64,000 nt of DNA from a virus. The notes below the pieces were generated by a model, which saw only the letters and a list, made by a program, of their open reading frames with translations, was not told the origin of the DNA and ran no database searches. The stretch spans positions 1-64,000 of IMG/VR virus record IMGVR_UViG_3300025137_000028. One strand, written 5' to 3'. A program made the translations under genes and the position numbers. Within the stretch, counting starts at the first letter, position 1. Each line of letters starts with the position of its first letter. This document shows, in pieces, positions 39,235 to 49,347 of the stretch.

Positions 39235-40845
39235 ATGATTATTATAGGATTAAATAGACATCACAACGGAAATGCCTGTATTTTAGAAGATGGCAAAATC
39301 ACTTATTCAACCGAAGAAGAAAGATTAAATCGTCACAAATACGAGGGCTCACCTTTTTTAAATTTACTAAAAATTAAAGACTTAGCACCACATATAGATG
39401 GTGTAGCTATTGCTGGTTTTGATGGCTTAGTACCATTTGAAAGAAATACAGATATTAATTTCTATGAAATGTTTTTTAACAGATTGTATAAAAATAAATT
39501 TGTAAATAGAACTTATGATAAAGTTCATCATCTAACACATGCTGCTGGTGCTTTTTACAACTCTGGTTTTGAAGAGGCAATATCTGTTGTATTTGATGGT
39601 GACGGCTCTTTTTTTAAAGAAGGTATAGAAAAATATTCTGCTTTTCATTGTAAACATCCTTACGACATAAACAAATTAGAAAAAGAATTTTTTGATTATG
39701 ATGAACCATACAGTAAAACAAATACTCTAAGTTTAGGTAATTACTTCGCTGCTATAGCAGATCATTTTGGAATGAATCCTTTATTTGACGCAGGTAAAGT
39801 TATGGCACTTGCTTCTTATGGCAAAAATATTATAGAAGACTTTGATAGTTTTTTTGATCACAATTATTTTATAGAACCTAGAGTAGTTAGAATGAGTTGT
39901 TTAAATCAAAATCACCCTATGTTTGAGAAAACTAGATTAATGAATGATTTTCAGGCGTCTGCTGATTTAGCATTAACAGTACAAACACTTACTGAAAATA
40001 AAATGATTAAAAAAATACATGATTTAATAGATAAACATAATGTAAAAAATATCTGTTTATCAGGTGGCTATGCTTTAAATTGTGTTGCTAATTTTAAGTT
40101 AAGACAAAGTTTACCTGAAGATATAAACTTGTATGTAGAACCTGTATCACATGACGCTGGTACGGCAATAGGGGCTGCTAAATTATTATACCATGAACTG
40201 AGAAGTATAGAAGGTATAAAAGATGATCCTATTATACCTCAAACAACAATTAAATATGGGTTTCAAAATTATTATCCTAACTCATATGATTTTGCTAGAT
40301 TTAAAAAAACAAAGGTTACAAATAAAGATGTAGCAAAAAAATTATCAGAAAATAAGATAGTTGCTTTGTTTAAGGGTAAATCAGAGTTAGGTCCTAGAGC
40401 ATTAGGCAATAGAAGTATATTGTTTAATCCTAATAATTCAAAAGCAAAAGACACTGTAAACAAAGTTAAAAATAGAGAATCTTATAGACCTTTTGCTGGC
40501 ACAATATTACATGAAGATTGTAAACAGTATTTTGACATGAACGTATTAGATGAGTCGCCATTTATGATGTATGCTGTAAAAGCAAAAAATTATTCTTTAA
40601 AAGGCATTAGACATGTTGACGGAACTTGTAGAATACAAACTTTAAAAAAAGAACAAGACACTGTTTTTTATGACTTAATAAAAGAGTTTAAACAAATAAC
40701 AAATATACCTTGTTTATTAAATACATCATTTAACTTATCAGGTGACCCAATGGTAGAAACGTTAGATGACGCTGTAAAAACATTTGAAAACTCAGAGATA
40801 GATTGTTTATATTTACCTGAGTTATATATATTACTAGAAAAATAA
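39235..40845 (+). CDS. O-carbamoyltransferase (NodU/CmcH/TobZ family)
   Basis: EEERLNR.K, HHLTHA, DGDG, GKVMALASYG, SGGYALNC, ELGPRALGNRS, RPFA, LNTSFN. Confidence 0.93.
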   Translation: MIIIGLNRHHNGNACILEDGKITYSTEEERLNRHKYEGSPFLNLLKIKDLAPHIDGVAIAGFDGLVPFERNTDINFYEMFFNRLYKNKFVNRTYDKVHHLTHAAGAFYNSGFEEAISVVFDGDGSFFKEGIEKYSAFHCKHPYDINKLEKEFFDYDEPYSKTNTLSLGNYFAAIADHFGMNPLFDAGKVMALASYGKNIIEDFDSFFDHNYFIEPRVVRMSCLNQNHPMFEKTRLMNDFQASADLALTVQTLTENKMIKKIHDLIDKHNVKNICLSGGYALNCVANFKLRQSLPEDINLYVEPVSHDAGTAIGAAKLLYHELRSIEGIKDDPIIPQTTIKYGFQNYYPNSYDFARFKKTKVTNKDVAKKLSENKIVALFKGKSELGPRALGNRSILFNPNNSKAKDTVNKVKNRESYRPFAGTILHEDCKQYFDMNVLDESPFMMYAVKAKNYSLKGIRHVDGTCRIQTLKKEQDTVFYDLIKEFKQITNIPCLLNTSFNLSGDPMVETLDDAVKTFENSEIDCLYLPELYILLEK

Positions 40846-40855
40846 TGGAGATATA

Positions 40856-41284
40856 ATGACACTTGAAGAACTACAAGACTTGGCTGAAAAAGACCTCAAA
40901 ATAAACGATACTGAACTAGATTTAGAATCATTAAAAACTCCTCAGTTACATAACAAATATATGAAACACTTAACAAAGTTTAAGTTGATGTTAAGTAAAT
41001 CAGAGGCTGATTATAGAACAATGAAAAGAGAAAAATGGGAATACTATACAGGCAAAGCACCTGCTGAAGTATATGCTGTAAAACCTTTTGATTTAAAAAT
41101 TATGAGAACTGATTTAGACAAATATTTAGATTCAGATATAGATTTACAAAGAGCAAAACAAAAAGTAGATTACTTAGAAACAGTTATTGATTTTTTAGAT
41201 AGAACAATAAGAGGTATATCAAACCGAGGATTTACAATAAAAAATGCTATTGACTGGCGTAAGTTTACTAGTGGTGCTATTTAA
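40856..41284 (+). CDS. uvsY: recombination mediator UvsY
   Basis: ESLKTPQLHNKY, WEYYTGKA, RGFTIKNAIDWRKF. Confidence 0.93.
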   Translation: MTLEELQDLAEKDLKINDTELDLESLKTPQLHNKYMKHLTKFKLMLSKSEADYRTMKREKWEYYTGKAPAEVYAVKPFDLKIMRTDLDKYLDSDIDLQRAKQKVDYLETVIDFLDRTIRGISNRGFTIKNAIDWRKFTSGAI

Positions 41285-42006
41285 TGACAAACTACTGGTA
41301 TTACTGGCACTTTAAGTCCGTTGTCTCAAAAGAAAACTGTAATCGCATATTAGAGTTAGGTAAAGAAAAACTAGCAAGACAACAATTAAGTGGTAAATCT
41401 ACAGCTGCTACTACAAAAGGCGGTAATACAAAAGATAAAATGGCAGAGGCTATTGCCCAATCAGACAAAACAGTACAAGAAACAAAAGATCAAAAGACTT
41501 ATGTAAGAGATAGTACAACTTGTTTTTTAAATGAACAATGGGTCTATGACATAATTCAACCTTTAGTAAGTCAAGCAAATACAAATGCTGGTTGGGATTA
41601 TGATTATGATTACTTTGAATCTGTACAATTTACAAAATATGATCCAGGTCAATTTTATGGCTGGCACCATGATGGTGGCTCATGTAAACATTCAGCTTAT
41701 AAGTTTAAACATGACTATACACCAAGTGATGGTTTTCAACACACTAACAATCAAAAAATGGCTAATAAAGTTAGAAAGTTAAGTTTTACATTAAACTTAG
41801 TTGATGGTGATGAATATGCTGGTGGTGATTTAAAATTTGATTATGGTCCTCATAGTGATGGTGAGAGATTTAATACCTGTACTGAAATAAGACCACAAGG
41901 TTCAGCAATAGTATTTCCTAGTTATATGTATCATCAAGTAACACCTGTAACTAAAGGCACAAGATATTCACTTGTAAATTGGATAATAGGAAACCCATTT
42001 AGATGA
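41284..42006 (+). CDS. 2OG-Fe(II) oxygenase (prolyl-hydroxylase-like)
   Basis: YGWHHD, RKLS, YAGGDL, FPSY.YHQV.PV..G.RYSLV.W. Confidence 0.92.
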   Translation: MTNYWYYWHFKSVVSKENCNRILELGKEKLARQQLSGKSTAATTKGGNTKDKMAEAIAQSDKTVQETKDQKTYVRDSTTCFLNEQWVYDIIQPLVSQANTNAGWDYDYDYFESVQFTKYDPGQFYGWHHDGGSCKHSAYKFKHDYTPSDGFQHTNNQKMANKVRKLSFTLNLVDGDEYAGGDLKFDYGPHSDGERFNTCTEIRPQGSAIVFPSYMYHQVTPVTKGTRYSLVNWIIGNPFR

Positions 42007-42713
42007 AACACGAATATTCAATAAAATATGCTAACGAAGGATACGCTGTTATAAAAAATTATTTAAATGATCAAACTAAAAATTTGTTATTTAATCATAC
42101 ATTGTTAAAAAGACAAGTTAGTAGATATATGTGGAAAGAAAAACAAAAATTATTTTCGCCATATATGTATGGTTATCCTTTTGGTGATGTTCAGGTTAAA
42201 GGTAGTTATTGTCACTATTCAGATCCTATATTTGAGTCTTTACTTTATAGTAGTACAAAAGACATGTCAAATTATACAAATAAAAAATTACATCCTACTT
42301 ATACCTATTATCGTGTATATGAACCAGGTGCTGTTATGAAAGAACATGTAGATAGAGATAGTTGTAAACATTCTATGACATTGTGTTTAGGCTATACAGA
42401 TAAAGTCTGGCCGATATACCTTGAAGGCACACCTATAAATTTAGAGCCAGGTGATTTATTAGTTTATAGAGGTGATAAATTAAAACATTGGCGTGATCCT
42501 TTACCAAGTGGTTATCACTCACAAGTATTTTTACATTATATTGAAGAAGGTGCTGAAAATTGGGAAAGAGATAAGTTTGATACTAGACCTTTATTAATGT
42601 TAGATGGAAGATTTAAAACTTGGTCTGATAAAGGGTTGCCAACTGATAAAAATATAATGGAATATTTAAAACAATCTGAATATGACTACAACAAGATACA
42701 TAATAATAGATAA
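42003..42713 (+). CDS. 2OG-Fe(II) oxygenase
   Basis: EHVDR.SC, PGD..VYRG..L.HWR, QVFLHY. Confidence 0.85.
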   Translation: MKHEYSIKYANEGYAVIKNYLNDQTKNLLFNHTLLKRQVSRYMWKEKQKLFSPYMYGYPFGDVQVKGSYCHYSDPIFESLLYSSTKDMSNYTNKKLHPTYTYYRVYEPGAVMKEHVDRDSCKHSMTLCLGYTDKVWPIYLEGTPINLEPGDLLVYRGDKLKHWRDPLPSGYHSQVFLHYIEEGAENWERDKFDTRPLLMLDGRFKTWSDKGLPTDKNIMEYLKQSEYDYNKIHNNR

Positions 42714-44172
42714 AAAAAACGAAGTCTATCTCAAAATAGAAGCGGATGCTGATATTAGAAGAGAGTTAGGTGAATACTTTACATTTGAGGTGCCTGGGTT
42801 TAAGTTTATGCCTCAGTATAGAAGTAGAGTATGGGACGGTAAAATTAGATTGTTTTCATATGCTTCAGGTCAAATATATACAGGTTTATATCCTTATGTA
42901 GTAAATTGGTGTAACGAAAATAAAGTACAAATAGTTGATGGTACAAAAATAAAAGACACTGATATAGACGAAAGTAAATTAGACAATCTTATTAAAGCGC
43001 TTAAGTTACCACACGAAGTTAGAGATTATCAAAGAGAAGCATTTAAACATTCAATAGAAAAAAATCGTTGTTTACTAGTATCGCCTACTGCTTCAGGCAA
43101 ATCACTTATCATATATTTGATGTTAATATTTAATTTATTAAGATTAAAAGATACTAAACAAGATAAGATATTAATAATAGTACCTACAACATCACTAGTA
43201 GAACAATTATATAAAGACTTTAAAGATTATGGGTATAATAGTGACAGAAACGTACATAGAATATATCAAGGACATGATAAAGATACAAATAAAAGAGTAA
43301 TTATATCAACATGGCAGTCGATCTATAAGTTGCCAAAAGTATGGTTTAAACAGTTTGGCATGGTCATAGGTGACGAAGCACACTTATTTAAGGCAGTTAG
43401 TCTATCAAAAATAATGACTAAACTAGAAACTTGTAAATACAGAGTAGGTTTGACAGGTACACTTGATGGCACTAAGACACATAAGTTAGTATTAGAGGGT
43501 CTATTTGGTACAGTTAACAAAGTCGTATCTACAAGTGAATTACAAGAAAAGAAACAATTAGCTGAATTAAAGATAATGTGTCTAGTATTACAACATGATA
43601 AAACTTCACGTCATTTTTTAAAAGATAAAACATATCAGGAAGAAATGGATTATCTTGTTTCAAATACTGCTAGGAATAAATACATACGGAATTTGTGCTT
43701 ATCATTAAGAGGCAACTCACTTTGTCTATTTCAATATGTTGAAAAACACGGCGAAATCCTAAAGAAGTTAATCGAAGAAAAGGCAGGAGACCGTAAAATA
43801 TTTTTCATCTATGGAGGAGTAGAAGCACATGAACGAGAACAAGTTAGAGCCATTACAGAGAAGTCGGATAACGCAATTATTATCGCTTCTTACGGCACCT
43901 TTAGCACTGGTATTAATATCCGTAACTTACACAATATTGTTTTTAGTAGCCCTAGTAAAAGTCCTATAAGAGTTTTACAATCTATCGGTAGAGGATTGCG
44001 ACTAAAAGACAATAAACTAAACGCCACATTATACGACATATCAGACGATTTATCTTACAATGATAAAGAGAATTATACTCTAGCACACTTTAGAGAACGA
44101 ATAAATATATACAATGGTGAAAACTTTGATTATGAAATTCATAACATAGAGATAAAAAATGGCTCAAAATAA
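42682..44172 (+). CDS. uvsW: SF2 DNA/RNA helicase UvsW
   Basis: WDGKIRL, RDYQ, SPTASGKS, DEAH, GLTGT, QSIGRGLR. Confidence 0.96.
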   Translation: MTTTRYIIIDKKNEVYLKIEADADIRRELGEYFTFEVPGFKFMPQYRSRVWDGKIRLFSYASGQIYTGLYPYVVNWCNENKVQIVDGTKIKDTDIDESKLDNLIKALKLPHEVRDYQREAFKHSIEKNRCLLVSPTASGKSLIIYLMLIFNLLRLKDTKQDKILIIVPTTSLVEQLYKDFKDYGYNSDRNVHRIYQGHDKDTNKRVIISTWQSIYKLPKVWFKQFGMVIGDEAHLFKAVSLSKIMTKLETCKYRVGLTGTLDGTKTHKLVLEGLFGTVNKVVSTSELQEKKQLAELKIMCLVLQHDKTSRHFLKDKTYQEEMDYLVSNTARNKYIRNLCLSLRGNSLCLFQYVEKHGEILKKLIEEKAGDRKIFFIYGGVEAHEREQVRAITEKSDNAIIIASYGTFSTGINIRNLHNIVFSSPSKSPIRVLQSIGRGLRLKDNKLNATLYDISDDLSYNDKENYTLAHFRERINIYNGENFDYEIHNIEIKNGSK

Positions 44173-44590
44173 TAAAATAGAAATAAAGATAGTTAAACTT
44201 GTAAATGGTGATGACGTTGTTTGTGCTTTTCCTATAGAACAACTACCAGAAAAATCTCCATTAATTAGATTATTTAAACCTCTACAAATTAAATATGTAC
44301 CACAATTAACACCTGCTGGATTTAAAGATTATGTAGCACTAATAAAATGGGCTGCCTATACTCCTGATGTTGTTATTACTATCCCAAAAGATAAGATATT
44401 AACTATAACAAACGCAGGTAATGAAATGATAAAATCATACAATCACATCGCCAATGGGTATGATGATTTGAGAGTGCCGACTCGGGAGACAAATAAACAA
44501 TATGCTAGAGAAAAATTTAGTGATGAAGAACAGGAAGAAATAAATGAGTTGTTTCAGGACTTTGCTGAAGATAAGAAAACAATACATTAG
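44159..44590 (+). CDS. conserved hypothetical protein between uvsW and gp55 (Sm-like fold possible)
   Basis: IVKLVNGDDVV N-terminus and synteny. Confidence 0.75.
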   Translation: MAQNNKIEIKIVKLVNGDDVVCAFPIEQLPEKSPLIRLFKPLQIKYVPQLTPAGFKDYVALIKWAAYTPDVVITIPKDKILTITNAGNEMIKSYNHIANGYDDLRVPTRETNKQYAREKFSDEEQEEINELFQDFAEDKKTIH

Positions 44591-44624
44591 CTTTAAGCAA
44601 TATTCTATAAACGGCTACACGCCC

Positions 44625-44652
44625 ATTATACATAAAATTTATTAAAAGTCAA
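44625..44652 (-). promoter_or_regulatory. antisense sigma70-type promoter
   Basis: TTGACT-16-TATAAT on the minus strand. Confidence 0.65.
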
Positions 44653-44686
44653 TGTTGGTTTATTTGGCAAATATTACGCTAAAACA

Positions 44687-44715
44687 TTGACAATTAAAGT
44701 GAAAGGTGTTATATT
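44687..44715 (+). promoter_or_regulatory. sigma70-type promoter of gp55 (leaderless)
   Basis: TTGACA-17-TATATT with TG extension. ATG 6 nt later. Confidence 0.8.
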
Positions 44716-44721
44716 AATACT

Positions 44722-45261
44722 ATGACTATAAAAAGAATTAAAGAGCATTATGTAGATAACAAATTGTTTTTAGAGGCAATGACTGCCTACAAAAAAGAAG
44801 TAAAAAAAGCATTAAGAACAAAAAAAGATAAACCACCTGTAACCGATTACATTGGTAGTTGTTTTTTAAAGATAGCAAATCATTTATCTTACAGACCTAA
44901 TTTCATCAATTATACATTTAGAGACGATATGGTTAGTGACGGTATAGAAAACTGTTTACAATACCTAGACAATTTTGATCCAGCAAAATCTAAGAATCCA
45001 TTTGCTTATTTTACACAAATTATATTCTATGCTTTTGTAAGAAGAATCCAAAAAGAAAAGAAACAAGTTACTATCAAACATAGACTTATTATGGATAATA
45101 ACTTAGATGATTACGCTTTACAACCACAAGATAGAGAAGGCGAATATACTAATCAGTTTAAAGAGTTTTTACAAAAAAATCTAAAGATGGACGAACAACC
45201 TAAAAAAGAAAAGAAACCAAGAAAGAAAAAAACTGTTAAGTCATCTAAATTCTTTATATAA
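44722..45261 (+). CDS. gp55: late-transcription sigma factor gp55
   Basis: HYVDNK, LKIANHLSYRPNFINY, NPFAYFTQI. Confidence 0.96.
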   Translation: MTIKRIKEHYVDNKLFLEAMTAYKKEVKKALRTKKDKPPVTDYIGSCFLKIANHLSYRPNFINYTFRDDMVSDGIENCLQYLDNFDPAKSKNPFAYFTQIIFYAFVRRIQKEKKQVTIKHRLIMDNNLDDYALQPQDREGEYTNQFKEFLQKNLKMDEQPKKEKKPRKKKTVKSSKFFI

Positions 45262-45263
45262 TT

Positions 45264-46337
45264 ATGAAAATAGCCCTATTGAATGATACACACTTTGGTG
45301 TGAGGAATGATAGTCCTGCCTTTAGAGATTATCAAATTAAATTTTATGATGAAGTATTTTTTCCGTACTTAAAAGAAAACAATATTACAAACTTAATACA
45401 TTTAGGTGATGTAACTGATAGAAGAAAGTTTATTAACTTTCATACTTCTAGTGTGTTTAGAGAAAAGTTTTGGAAAAGATTATGGGAAATGAAGATTGAT
45501 ACCCATATAATAATAGGTAACCACGATACTTATTTTAAAAATACAAACAAAGTAAATTCAGTAGATGAGTTGTGTTCAACATTTGATGGTGTACACGAAC
45601 CATTTATCTACACAGGTCCTAAAGAAGTAGAATTAGGTGGTTGTCGTATGTTATTTTTACCATGGATATGTGATGATAATTATGAAGACTCAATTTATGC
45701 GATAGATAATTCAACAGCAGATATTTGTTTTGGGCATTTAGAAGTAAAAGGTTTTGAGATGCAAAAGGGATTATTTAACGAACATGGTTTAGAACCAACA
45801 CAATTTAAAAGATTTGAAAAAGTTATGTCTGGTCACTTTCATAAAAAATCAGATGATGGTCGTATCTATTATCTTGGCTCACAATATGAAATGACTTGGT
45901 CAGATTATAAAGATCCTAAAGGGTTTCATATTTTTGATACAGAAACAAGAGAACTTACAAGAGTAACTAATCCTCTTAGAATGTTTAAAAAGATTCTCTA
46001 TAATGATACTAAAGAAGATTACTCTACAAAAGACTTATCAGATTTTGAAAACAAGATAGTAAAAATCTTTGTTACTAATAGAACAAACGAAGAAATGTTT
46101 AATAATCTATTAGATAAATTACAAAACAAAGTAAATGTACATGAGGTAAATGTTATAGAAGATGTACAAAGTGATATGACATCTAGTGTTAGAGAAGATA
46201 TATTAGATCAAGGCGAAGATACTATAACATTTTTAAATAATTATGTAGATCAAATACAAACAGATTTAGATAGACAAAAACTAAAAGAGTTTATCAAAGA
46301 AACATATGTAGAGGCAAACGATCATTATGCTGGATAA
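45264..46337 (+). CDS. gp47: recombination endonuclease gp47 (Mre11/SbcD-like)
   Basis: DTHFG, HLGD..DRRK, GNHD, SGHFH. Confidence 0.95.
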   Translation: MKIALLNDTHFGVRNDSPAFRDYQIKFYDEVFFPYLKENNITNLIHLGDVTDRRKFINFHTSSVFREKFWKRLWEMKIDTHIIIGNHDTYFKNTNKVNSVDELCSTFDGVHEPFIYTGPKEVELGGCRMLFLPWICDDNYEDSIYAIDNSTADICFGHLEVKGFEMQKGLFNEHGLEPTQFKRFEKVMSGHFHKKSDDGRIYYLGSQYEMTWSDYKDPKGFHIFDTETRELTRVTNPLRMFKKILYNDTKEDYSTKDLSDFENKIVKIFVTNRTNEEMFNNLLDKLQNKVNVHEVNVIEDVQSDMTSSVREDILDQGEDTITFLNNYVDQIQTDLDRQKLKEFIKETYVEANDHYAG

Positions 46338-46971
46338 ATCAATATTAAATTATAAAAACTTGAATTGGGGACCATATGTTCTTTGTACATCATTGCCTGA
46401 TTATATAACAGACAAAATGTTAGAAGAAGGACGTAAGTGTAAAGATACAGCTAATCATAAATTAGCAGGTCATCTAAAGTTTCAGTTTTCATATTCTACA
46501 GAAATTCAACAATGGTTTTATAATGAGATAACACCGGTATTAGAATTGTATATAGAAGAACATTGTAAGTTTCACGGACATGACATTGTTCAACAAAGAA
46601 AACTAGAAGCATTAGATTTATGGGTAAACTTTATGAAAAAAGGTGACTTTAATCCTCCTCATACTCACGCAGGTGATTATTCTTTTGTTTATTACCTAGA
46701 TGTGCCAGATGAGTTAAGAAAAGAACAAGAAGATTACAAAGGCTCAGATGTGTCAGGACCAGGTGGTATAACTATATTGTATGGCGAGTCAACTAGACCT
46801 AAATGGACTACTTGTGCTCACGGTTTAAATCCTAAAAAAGGTGCGTTTATGATGTTCCCTGCTTTACTACAACATACAGTAGCGCCTTTTAAATCTGATA
46901 TTACAAGAGTTAGTGTATCAGGTAATTTAAGAACATTAAACCATGAGATAATAACTAACAATTATTTTTAG
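46327..46971 (+). CDS. 2OG-Fe(II) oxygenase (HxH type)
   Basis: WVN...FNPPHTH, FPA.LQH.V.PF...RVSVSGN. Confidence 0.87.
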   Translation: MLDKSILNYKNLNWGPYVLCTSLPDYITDKMLEEGRKCKDTANHKLAGHLKFQFSYSTEIQQWFYNEITPVLELYIEEHCKFHGHDIVQQRKLEALDLWVNFMKKGDFNPPHTHAGDYSFVYYLDVPDELRKEQEDYKGSDVSGPGGITILYGESTRPKWTTCAHGLNPKKGAFMMFPALLQHTVAPFKSDITRVSVSGNLRTLNHEIITNNYF

Positions 46972-46972
46972 T

Positions 46973-48688
46973 ATGATAAGATTTAAAAAAATTAAGTGGA
47001 AAAATTTTCTGTCAACAGGTAATACACCAATAGAAGTTGACTTAGATAAATCAAACACAACACTTGTTATAGGTACAAACGGTTCAGGCAAGTCAACTTT
47101 ACTAGACGCCATGACTTTTGTTTTATTTAATAGACCATTTAGAATAATAAAAAAAGAACAAATGGTTAATACGATAAACAATGGTGAAGCATTAGTAGAA
47201 ATAGAATTTTCAATAGGTACTAAACAATATAAAGTTATTAGAGGTATTAAACCTAACATATTTGAAATATATGAAGACGATCAATTAATAAACCAAGACG
47301 CTTCTAGTATTGATTATCAAAAGATATTAGAAAGAAATATAATGAGATTAAGTTATAGATCATTTATTCAAGTAGTAATATTAGGGTCATCATCTTACGA
47401 GCCATTTATGAAAATGAAATCTCGTTATAGAAAAGAAGCAGTTGAAGAGATACTTGACATAAAAGTATTTTCACATATGGACTGGATGTTAAGAGATCAA
47501 CAATCTGTTTTAAATAAAAAGATTATAGAAGTTAAACATAATGCTGATCTAGTAAAATCTAAGTATGAATTAGAAAGTAAACACTTTAATGAAATAAAGA
47601 ATAGAAATACAGATGATAAGACACAAAAAGAACAACAGTTAGATAAATTAAACTTAGATAAAAAAGATTACTTAGAAAAGATACAAAAATTAGATGGTGA
47701 ATATACACAACTAAAAGAACAAACAATTGATAAAGGTCCTCAAACAACAAGATTAACTCAATTAGAAAAACTAGAAACAAAGATAGAACAAAATTTAGAA
47801 ACTCATACAAAGAATTTAGAGTTTTTTGAAGAAAATGATACCTGTCCTACTTGTACACAACCAATTGATGAAACATTTAAATTAGGAAAACAAGAAGAAC
47901 TAAAGAGTAAAGTTGTTACCTTAAATGAAGGTATGAAAAAATTAGTAGAAGAAATATCTACTACTGAAACTAAATTATCAGAAATTAATTCTATATCTGA
48001 AAAAATGTCAGATTTAAATATAGAAATGTCAAAAGTTAATACATCAATAAATGAACTTAAAAAATTTAGTGACAATCTACATAATGAGATATTATTGTTA
48101 GATAACAAAAAAGAGGACAGTGATAATATAGAAAAACAATTAGAAGAATTAAAAGTTAATTTAGAACAATCACAAGTTGATTTAGATAAAATTACCGAAG
48201 AAAAAACATATATTGATACAGTTAGAGAAATACTATCTGAAAAAGGTGCTAAAACAAAAATTATTAAAAAGTATTTACCTATAATGAATACTTTAATAAA
48301 TCAATACTTACAAGATATGAACTTCTTTGTTAACTTTCATTTAGATGAAGAGTTTAACGAGACAATAAAAAGTAGATTTAGAGATACTTTTAATTACAAT
48401 AATTTTAGTGAGGGTGAAAAACTAAGAATAGATTTAGCATTGCTATTTACTTGGCGACAGATTGCTAAAATGAAAAATAGTACAAATACAAACGTTTTAA
48501 TATTAGATGAAATATTTGATAGCTCATTAGATGGTCAAGGTACAGATGACTTCTTTAAAATTATTAAATCACTATCAAAAGAAAATATCTTTATTATATC
48601 ACATAAGGGCGATATACTATTTGATAAATTTACTAATATCATAAAATTTGATAAAATAAATAACTTTACGAGGTTACAGAATGTCTAA
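46973..48688 (+). CDS. gp46: recombination ATPase gp46 (Rad50/SbcC-like)
   Basis: GTNGSGKS, CPTC hook, FSEGEK, LDEIFD, ISH. Confidence 0.96.
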   Translation: MIRFKKIKWKNFLSTGNTPIEVDLDKSNTTLVIGTNGSGKSTLLDAMTFVLFNRPFRIIKKEQMVNTINNGEALVEIEFSIGTKQYKVIRGIKPNIFEIYEDDQLINQDASSIDYQKILERNIMRLSYRSFIQVVILGSSSYEPFMKMKSRYRKEAVEEILDIKVFSHMDWMLRDQQSVLNKKIIEVKHNADLVKSKYELESKHFNEIKNRNTDDKTQKEQQLDKLNLDKKDYLEKIQKLDGEYTQLKEQTIDKGPQTTRLTQLEKLETKIEQNLETHTKNLEFFEENDTCPTCTQPIDETFKLGKQEELKSKVVTLNEGMKKLVEEISTTETKLSEINSISEKMSDLNIEMSKVNTSINELKKFSDNLHNEILLLDNKKEDSDNIEKQLEELKVNLEQSQVDLDKITEEKTYIDTVREILSEKGAKTKIIKKYLPIMNTLINQYLQDMNFFVNFHLDEEFNETIKSRFRDTFNYNNFSEGEKLRIDLALLFTWRQIAKMKNSTNTNVLILDEIFDSSLDGQGTDDFFKIIKSLSKENIFIISHKGDILFDKFTNIIKFDKINNFTRLQNV

Positions 48689-49226
48689 AGATTTACAATT
48701 AATACCACCTAACGATCCAAGAGTTTGTTCAGCAATCGCACCATTTAGTGACGATATGTTAAAAGAACACAATCTAAAAGATAGACAAGAACTATCTGAT
48801 AATATGTTTGAATTAATGTTTAAATATGGTGGTATAGGGTTATCAGCAAATCAAGTAGGTTTACCTTTTAATATGTTTGTTATGGGTGGGCATCCTGAAT
48901 TAGAAAAAGGTTTAAGAATGACTTGTTTTAATCCTATGATTATATCAGCTAGTGAAGAAACAATTGTTATGAAAGAAGGTTGTTTAACTTTTCCTTTTAT
49001 GTTCTTATCTATTACAAGACCTAGAAAAGTTGTAGTAAAATATGAAGATGAAAAAGGTGATCTAAAAGAAGGTCATTTAGACGGCATGATTAGTCGTATT
49101 TTTCAACATGAACACGATCACATGTTAGGTAGATTATTTACAGAGAGAGCTAGTAAACTTAAACTAAAGAGGGCAAATATATATGCTAAAAAACAAATCA
49201 AAAAAATATCGAAAAGAAAAAAATAA
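48681..49226 (+). CDS. def: peptide deformylase
   Basis: GIGLSANQVG, EGCLT, QHEHDH. Confidence 0.95.
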   Translation: MSKDLQLIPPNDPRVCSAIAPFSDDMLKEHNLKDRQELSDNMFELMFKYGGIGLSANQVGLPFNMFVMGGHPELEKGLRMTCFNPMIISASEETIVMKEGCLTFPFMFLSITRPRKVVVKYEDEKGDLKEGHLDGMISRIFQHEHDHMLGRLFTERASKLKLKRANIYAKKQIKKISKRKK

Positions 49227-49347
49227 AATTTTTGAACATAATCCTAGTACAGGAGTTATTAGATGGCGTTATGTTGGTGAATCACCAGACAAGTTTGGCT
49301 GGCCGAACTATGGAAGAATATTAAAGAATGTCAAAAAACGAAATTAA
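49183..49347 (+). CDS. 54-aa hypothetical protein
   Basis: Read by eye: ...KIFEHNPSTGVIRWRYVGESPDKFGWPNYGRIL. GAGG upstream. Fills the 49227-49327 gap. Confidence 0.6.
   Translation: MLKNKSKKYRKEKNKIFEHNPSTGVIRWRYVGESPDKFGWPNYGRILKNVKKRN

Noticed and set aside
42636-42658. TTGCCA...TATAAT as a uvsW promoter
   Set aside because: The spacer is only 11 nt.
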